From: a virus
Virus record (IMG/VR): IMGVR_UViG_3300005731_000013
Location: 103,977 to 167,976 of that record
DNA: 64,000 nucleotides
Strand: one strand, 5' to 3'
Shown: piece after piece, positions 59,272 through 64,000 of the stretch
Layout: every line of letters starts with the position of its first letter
How positions within the stretch are numbered: position 1 is the stretch's first letter
Made by a program: the position numbers and the translations under genes
Notes under the pieces: generated by a model
Told to the model about the DNA's origin: nothing
Seen by the model: only the letters and a program-made list of their open reading frames with translations
The model's database searches: none

Positions 59272-60059
59272 ACACGTTGTATATATCCAGTATGGATCCA
59301 ACCATCATCATTTATTCTACCCCAATCACCATTTCGTTCTAAAATTTCAACAAGTTCACCTTTTTTCAATGATGCAATAGTATTGAAATTGGTACCTGGA
59401 CCACCTCGCACATTGAGTGAAGAAGCAGTAACTTTAAATTGTTCAGAATCTTGACCTCTATCGCCTAAATGCCGTTTTATGAATTTCATCGGAAATGCAG
59501 GTCCAGGATCTGTTTTCCATCCTCGGGTATCAATTTCTTCATGACTTACAATATCTAAAATTTTATATTCAGCCACAAGTAATGCAGTTAATTCATCAAC
59601 TACTTTAATCTGTGCTTCTGTGTATCTAGGCCAGTATAATGTTCCTGACCCAACCCTAGGATTTTCAGCAGCAACCAAACCAGATGGAAAATCAGATTCT
59701 GACTTGATATTATTATATGCATCTTGATAATTATTATTTGTTAATTTACGCATCCATCCGATATTAACAATTTCAATACCAATTGAATGATTATTGAGCC
59801 CTGAATATCCCATATGACTTGATGCGCCTGCATGCCATGCTTTGACATTAAATGGGACTAATTGTGTGATGGTCCCATCCAAATCTACAACAACATGGGC
59901 ACTAACCTTAGCATTTCTGTTTGTTAACGTGTTAATTGCAGATGATGCAGTATATCCTGCTGTATAATGTTGGACAATAAATTTTGGTGTTATTTTCCCA
60001 CCAACATTTGGTGAAGGTTGGTAGTCTACACCATTTAATAAATGGTTTTTTATTTTCAT
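59268..60059 (-). CDS. Endolysin: N-acetylmuramoyl-L-alanine amidase (Amidase_2) with C-terminal SH3b domain
   Basis: IVQHYTA, VSAH, AWHAG, SIGIEI, SHEEI...KTDPGPAF; LNVRGGPGTNF...GWIH. Confidence 0.92.
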   Translation of the reverse strand: MKIKNHLLNGVDYQPSPNVGGKITPKFIVQHYTAGYTASSAINTLTNRNAKVSAHVVVDLDGTITQLVPFNVKAWHAGASSHMGYSGLNNHSIGIEIVNIGWMRKLTNNNYQDAYNNIKSESDFPSGLVAAENPRVGSGTLYWPRYTEAQIKVVDELTALLVAEYKILDIVSHEEIDTRGWKTDPGPAFPMKFIKRHLGDRGQDSEQFKVTASSLNVRGGPGTNFNTIASLKKGELVEILERNGDWGRINDDGWIHTGYIQRV

Positions 60060-60062
60060 AAT

Positions 60063-60106
60063 AAATTTCTCCTATATGCATATTTATTCTGACATAGGAG
60101 AAATTT
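60063..60106 (-). promoter_or_regulatory. RBS-sequestering hairpin with an internal late promoter
   Basis: 13-bp perfect stem whose 3' arm contains the AGGAG SD; AATAAATA in the loop. Confidence 0.75.
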
Positions 60107-60130
60107 TTGTCTTAATGTGTTATACTTAAT

Positions 60131-60751
60131 TTATACAATTTTTGTTTTCAATAATTGATGAATATTATCACTATATTTTCCATATAAATCAACTATCATT
60201 TTTTCTTGAGTGCGGTCATCTGCTTGTGCAAAGTTGGCACGAAATTCAGTTGCACTTTTCATAGGTTGACCGAGAACATTGAATTTAAATGTTGGCATAG
60301 TTGCAATATAACCATGTTCACTCATAGGACGTAAATTATCAATATTTTGATCATATGGTTGGAAATATGATGGGCTTCCATCTTTCTTTGGTTTAAATGT
60401 AAACCTAGGATCTTCAGCCATATCTTTTTCACTAACAGCAAAAATTATAACAGTAGTTTCAGGATCATATTTTTCCTTGATTTCATTTGCTAGATAAGGA
60501 TTTTTAACCTGAACAATTTGTGTAGCAGGAACACCGGCATGCATTAGAAGTGTTTTCTTTTCATTGAAATTAAATGGTGAACGAGGCGGCGCAACCTTAT
60601 CACTAGTTGCAATATATGTGTCGCCAAATTTTTGACTTAACCATTTCCACGCTTTCATATGACCTATGTGTGGAGGTGAAAACCTACCTGGCATGACAAC
60701 AACCGTTTCCATTTGTTGATTAGTTTCTCTTAAAATATCTTCAATTAGCAT
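60131..60751 (-). CDS. Nucleotidyltransferase (cytidyltransferase-like, HxGH) protein
   Basis: MPGRFSPPHIGH, SPFNFNEK, KSATEFR. Confidence 0.75.
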   Translation of the reverse strand: MLIEDILRETNQQMETVVVMPGRFSPPHIGHMKAWKWLSQKFGDTYIATSDKVAPPRSPFNFNEKKTLLMHAGVPATQIVQVKNPYLANEIKEKYDPETTVIIFAVSEKDMAEDPRFTFKPKKDGSPSYFQPYDQNIDNLRPMSEHGYIATMPTFKFNVLGQPMKSATEFRANFAQADDRTQEKMIVDLYGKYSDNIHQLLKTKIV

Positions 60752-60752
60752 A

Positions 60753-61073
60753 TTATGATCCAGTTAGATTTGCATTTAATTTAGCTTGGAATTTTTGTAA
60801 AGAATTGACCAAACGTTTGTCTAAATTATCTCTTGCTATATCAATAAGGTTTGGAATAGCAGATGTCAACAAATAATATTTAGATTTATCAGATAATGGT
60901 GCCTTAAAGACAGTCCCAATAAAATTACCTTGGTGTAACTCATCTACCAAGGTAATTTTATCTTCAGACGAATATTCATCAACAGTATCAATTTCAGTAT
61001 ATTGCAATTCATCGTAAACTTTACGAGGAATCGCCATTTTACTAGTTTTATTTTGAATCTCAGTCAATCTCAT
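60753..61073 (-). CDS. Hypothetical protein, possible head-internal protein
   Basis: MRLTEI N-terminus shared with neighbours. Confidence 0.6.
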   Translation of the reverse strand: MRLTEIQNKTSKMAIPRKVYDELQYTEIDTVDEYSSEDKITLVDELHQGNFIGTVFKAPLSDKSKYYLLTSAIPNLIDIARDNLDKRLVNSLQKFQAKLNANLTGS

Positions 61074-63055
61074 TATTTACCTTTCATGTGCTTTATAGCA
61101 CGGTCAATCCCTGCTTGGCGTTTAATTGCTTTTGCTGACAGATCGCCTCCATGTTTGGTTCCATATGTCATCCCTGATCTACTAGCATTCCAATTACGAT
61201 CTCTATCAGCTTTGGCTTTTGAAATATATTCGCCACGAGTCTTATTTGAAATTTCAGTAATGTCATTCTTAACTGCTTTTTTAATAGCAGCAATTAATTG
61301 CTCATTTGAATAACGTTTACCACCATTCACCATATTAATAATTGCGTTATGAATTTTCTTCAATTTTTGATTTTCTGGATCTTGATTAAGCAATGCTTTG
61401 ACTTCATCAATCAAATAGCCAGCGCCAAAGTACATATCATTAGCAAGTGCATTCATGTCAGGTTCCCATGCAGTAGGAGCATCTTCTTTAACTTGTGATG
61501 CAGGAGTTCTAAAATCATTTGATTTTTGTGGAATCCATTTCTTTGCAGTTGCAACCGCTTGTGCTAGCTTTTGCACCTGCAAGCTTGAATGCACTTTGTT
61601 GTCATCTTTAAACTTAAAGTCAATTTTGTATTCGTTACCTGATTTTGTGATTTCAGCATACACTTTATACTCATCACCTAAATCAACTTTTTTGCTTTTA
61701 TTTTTTGGGGCGGTTTCTTGAAGTGGTGCAAGACGTTTACTAACAGTATCAAAAGTCCATGTATTACCAGTTGTATCTTGAACGTTTAGATTGCCTGCTT
61801 TGTTATAACCAAGCTTACGAATTTCCGCTTCAGGAGATTGCTGCTTTAATGCATTGTCGATATCTGCATAGTGAGTTTTATATGTGTACTTGGTAAGGTT
61901 ATTTGATTCATTTGTTATTTGATAAATTTCATAATCGCCTGCTGCATCTGAATCTGCCCAGCGGTCAAATGCGGCCATGTTACGGAATTTCCGACGGAAT
62001 GACTTGCTTTTCATCCCCTTAACCCCTGTAATAATGATAGGTTTGGTTTCATCTAATTCACTGTCATATGATGCTTCTTCTAGATCAGCATCATAAACAT
62101 ATTTTCCGCCATCTACTTCATAACGCTTCTGGCCATTTTTCATATCAATACTTTTAACAGACCCGGTTTTTACACGTTTTGTTTTGATATTGCGGTATTT
62201 GATCTTATCACCTACATTGGCTTCTTGCATTTTTGAGTCAAACATAAGTTCAACTGGTAAGTCTAAAACTTCACCTGCACTAGTTGCACCAAAATCAATA
62301 ACTTTAGATAACAGTTTAGCAACCGTTTTCATTTTAGCAGTTTTAAAACGGACAGAACGAGTTCTGTCATTAAATTTAACTTCAATGCCGTATGGCCAAC
62401 GAATCTTCTTGACCGCATCATATTCTTCTTGACCTGTCATGCCGCCATCAAATGATGGCTCATCAACACCAAACGAAATCTCACGTGTTAAGACTGTAAC
62501 ACCTGGTTTATACTCATCCAATTGTTCATCATGTTTAAGTTGCGTTACTTTATTTGGATTGTTAACTAAATCAGCTGACCGATCTGAACGTGATTGTTTC
62601 TTAGATAGAAACTTATTGATAACAGCTTGTGGGTCCCGCGCTTCTTCAATTGTATTATTTGCCATAATTGCTTTGGCATTTTCTAATTCATCAACTTTTT
62701 TGATATTATCATAATATTGTGCAGGGTGGCTGCGTTTTTTTGATTCCCAACTCGCTGCCATACGTTTCGCGTCATTTAGTTCAGAATCAATATCTCCAGT
62801 CCATTGCGCAATTACGTCGTAACGATCAAATCCGAGATCACGTGCTTTGGCTTGTAATTTCTTATTGAGACTGAGCGAGTTAGTGCCTGCTGTTTTTTGA
62901 TATGAAAGAAGAAAATATCTTCCTTTTTTATCTGTAGCCAAATAATTGACAACATTACGATTTGATGTTGGTTGTTCATTATTAAACTCAGAAGACATAG
63001 ATTCTGGATTTATGGCTGATTCATTGATTGTTTTTTTGATGTCATTAATCTTCAT
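61073..63055 (-). CDS. Large Lys-rich modular protein, possible head-internal polyprotein
   Basis: 660 aa; modules separated by recurring [ILVM]xE motifs. Confidence 0.6.
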   Translation of the reverse strand: MKINDIKKTINESAINPESMSSEFNNEQPTSNRNVVNYLATDKKGRYFLLSYQKTAGTNSLSLNKKLQAKARDLGFDRYDVIAQWTGDIDSELNDAKRMAASWESKKRSHPAQYYDNIKKVDELENAKAIMANNTIEEARDPQAVINKFLSKKQSRSDRSADLVNNPNKVTQLKHDEQLDEYKPGVTVLTREISFGVDEPSFDGGMTGQEEYDAVKKIRWPYGIEVKFNDRTRSVRFKTAKMKTVAKLLSKVIDFGATSAGEVLDLPVELMFDSKMQEANVGDKIKYRNIKTKRVKTGSVKSIDMKNGQKRYEVDGGKYVYDADLEEASYDSELDETKPIIITGVKGMKSKSFRRKFRNMAAFDRWADSDAAGDYEIYQITNESNNLTKYTYKTHYADIDNALKQQSPEAEIRKLGYNKAGNLNVQDTTGNTWTFDTVSKRLAPLQETAPKNKSKKVDLGDEYKVYAEITKSGNEYKIDFKFKDDNKVHSSLQVQKLAQAVATAKKWIPQKSNDFRTPASQVKEDAPTAWEPDMNALANDMYFGAGYLIDEVKALLNQDPENQKLKKIHNAIINMVNGGKRYSNEQLIAAIKKAVKNDITEISNKTRGEYISKAKADRDRNWNASRSGMTYGTKHGGDLSAKAIKRQAGIDRAIKHMKGK

Positions 63056-63121
63056 AAGTTATTCCTTACTGTTTGTTTTTGATCATAGTGCATAGCGTTT
63101 GTCACAGTTTCATCACTTCTT

Positions 63122-64000
63122 TTATTGCAATTTGTTCATCATATTTTTATAAATGCGCCTTGCATTTGATTCTGATTCATAAATGTGTGATTTTTCGCCA
63201 TCTAATTTAATGTGTGTTGCATAATTATTAACATGGTCAACAAATTGATGCATTAATATAGAAATATCTGACGAACTCAAATTTTCAGTGTCACCGAATA
63301 TTTCAGCAAATTCTTCAGCAACATCCAATAATGCAACATCAGTCATTTCAAATTGACTTGCTGAAATTATTTTACGTGCATGTGCCATTCGTAAAATATC
63401 CCATCCGTCTAATTGGGCGCTATCAAAATTATCTTCTTCAATTTGTTCGATTGGAGATATTGCATCTAATGTAGCATCAATATCATCTAAATCTGCAATA
63501 TCATCTAAATCTGCAATATCATCTAAATCTGCAATATCATCAGTTTGAACGGCGGCTTCATATTCCAGATAATGTTTAACAGTATCAATATAATCTGCTG
63601 CGGTTGTAATTTTTGCTTGTATCCAAGGTTCTAAATTATCAGTATCTTGAATCATACGATGTAATTCGACACTATATTTTGCAATATCATACAGTTGACG
63701 CTTCGCCATAAACCCATCGTCATCCATATCATCCAGAACGCCTTCTGTAAGATTTGATTCATTTAATGGTTTGACAACATATGATAATTTATAATGTTCC
63801 TTTTCACCAGATGATAATTGCTTAGATAAACGATCTGCTTTATCTTTTGCTTCTTGTTTTGAAGTATGTGTTGATATAGGGGTGCCATGACCTTTTTCAC
63901 CAACAGATCCGCCTTTTTTAAACACACCATATTTTGTTTCATTAATGGTATTTGACTCCGCAACACCTTGTGAAGATGTCTTGCATTTAGGACAAAAACC
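63122..64000 (-). CDS. Hypothetical (head-internal-like) protein, 5'-truncated by the window edge
   Basis: Frame is open to 64000 (GFCPKCKTSSQGVAESNTINETKYGVFKK...); MAKRQL...LEPWIQAKIT.AADYI..VKHYLEY motif. Confidence 0.7.
   Translation of the reverse strand, partial: GFCPKCKTSSQGVAESNTINETKYGVFKKGGSVGEKGHGTPISTHTSKQEAKDKADRLSKQLSSGEKEHYKLSYVVKPLNESNLTEGVLDDMDDDGFMAKRQLYDIAKYSVELHRMIQDTDNLEPWIQAKITTAADYIDTVKHYLEYEAAVQTDDIADLDDIADLDDIADLDDIDATLDAISPIEQIEEDNFDSAQLDGWDILRMAHARKIISASQFEMTDVALLDVAEEFAEIFGDTENLSSSDISILMHQFVDHVNNYATHIKLDGEKSHIYESESNARRIYKNMMNKLQ
63478..63541. repeat. 18-bp tandem repeat, 3.5 copies, in frame (DDIADL)
   Basis: (CAATATCATCTAAATCTG)x3 + CAATATCATC. Confidence 0.95.

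Noticed and set aside
63478-63541. Tandem repeat as a CRISPR array
   Set aside because: No spacers, in-frame coding repeat, no cas genes.
1-64000. Alternative genetic code (stop-codon reassignment)
   Set aside because: Recognisable enzymes are full length in code 11, and TAA, TGA and TAG all act as stops at gene junctions.
1-64000. tRNA, rRNA, integrase or transposase genes
   Set aside because: None recognised by eye; intergenic gaps are short. A tRNAscan-SE/Infernal run is needed to be certain.

Overview
A 64-kb segment of an AT-rich, large tailed dsDNA phage genome with T4/jumbo-myovirus-like gene content, read in the standard genetic code. The + strand (1-29.3 kb) holds virion genes: a baseplate-like protein running in from the left edge, three modular tail-spike/fibre proteins and further structural proteins. 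A 13-kb tailoring block follows, with four GT-A-like glycosyltransferases, five radical-SAM enzymes (one fused to a sulfotransferase) and a free-standing sulfotransferase. A bidirectional terminator at ~29.4 kb marks the switch to the - strand, which carries thyA, DHFR, a vWA/metallopeptidase plus MoxR AAA pair, many small early genes behind sigma70-like promoters, RNase H-like exonuclease, Pth2, peptide deformylase, thymidine kinase, sliding clamp, family-B DNA polymerase, an amidase endolysin and putative head-internal proteins. The most striking element lies directly downstream of polymerase and clamp: 7-deazaguanine genes (queD-like, TGT/DpdA-like, folE, with queE nearby; no queC or queF seen) enclose a GT-B glycosyltransferase and a complete nucleotide-heptose pathway (gmhA, hddC-gmhB fusion, hddA). 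This suggests an undescribed heptosylated 7-deazaguanine DNA hypermodification (inference). Other notable signals: a probable ATT start codon for the polymerase, a T4 gene-e-like RBS-sequestering hairpin with an internal late promoter on the endolysin, and a two-state folE leader. All protein calls come from motif recognition, not database searches.
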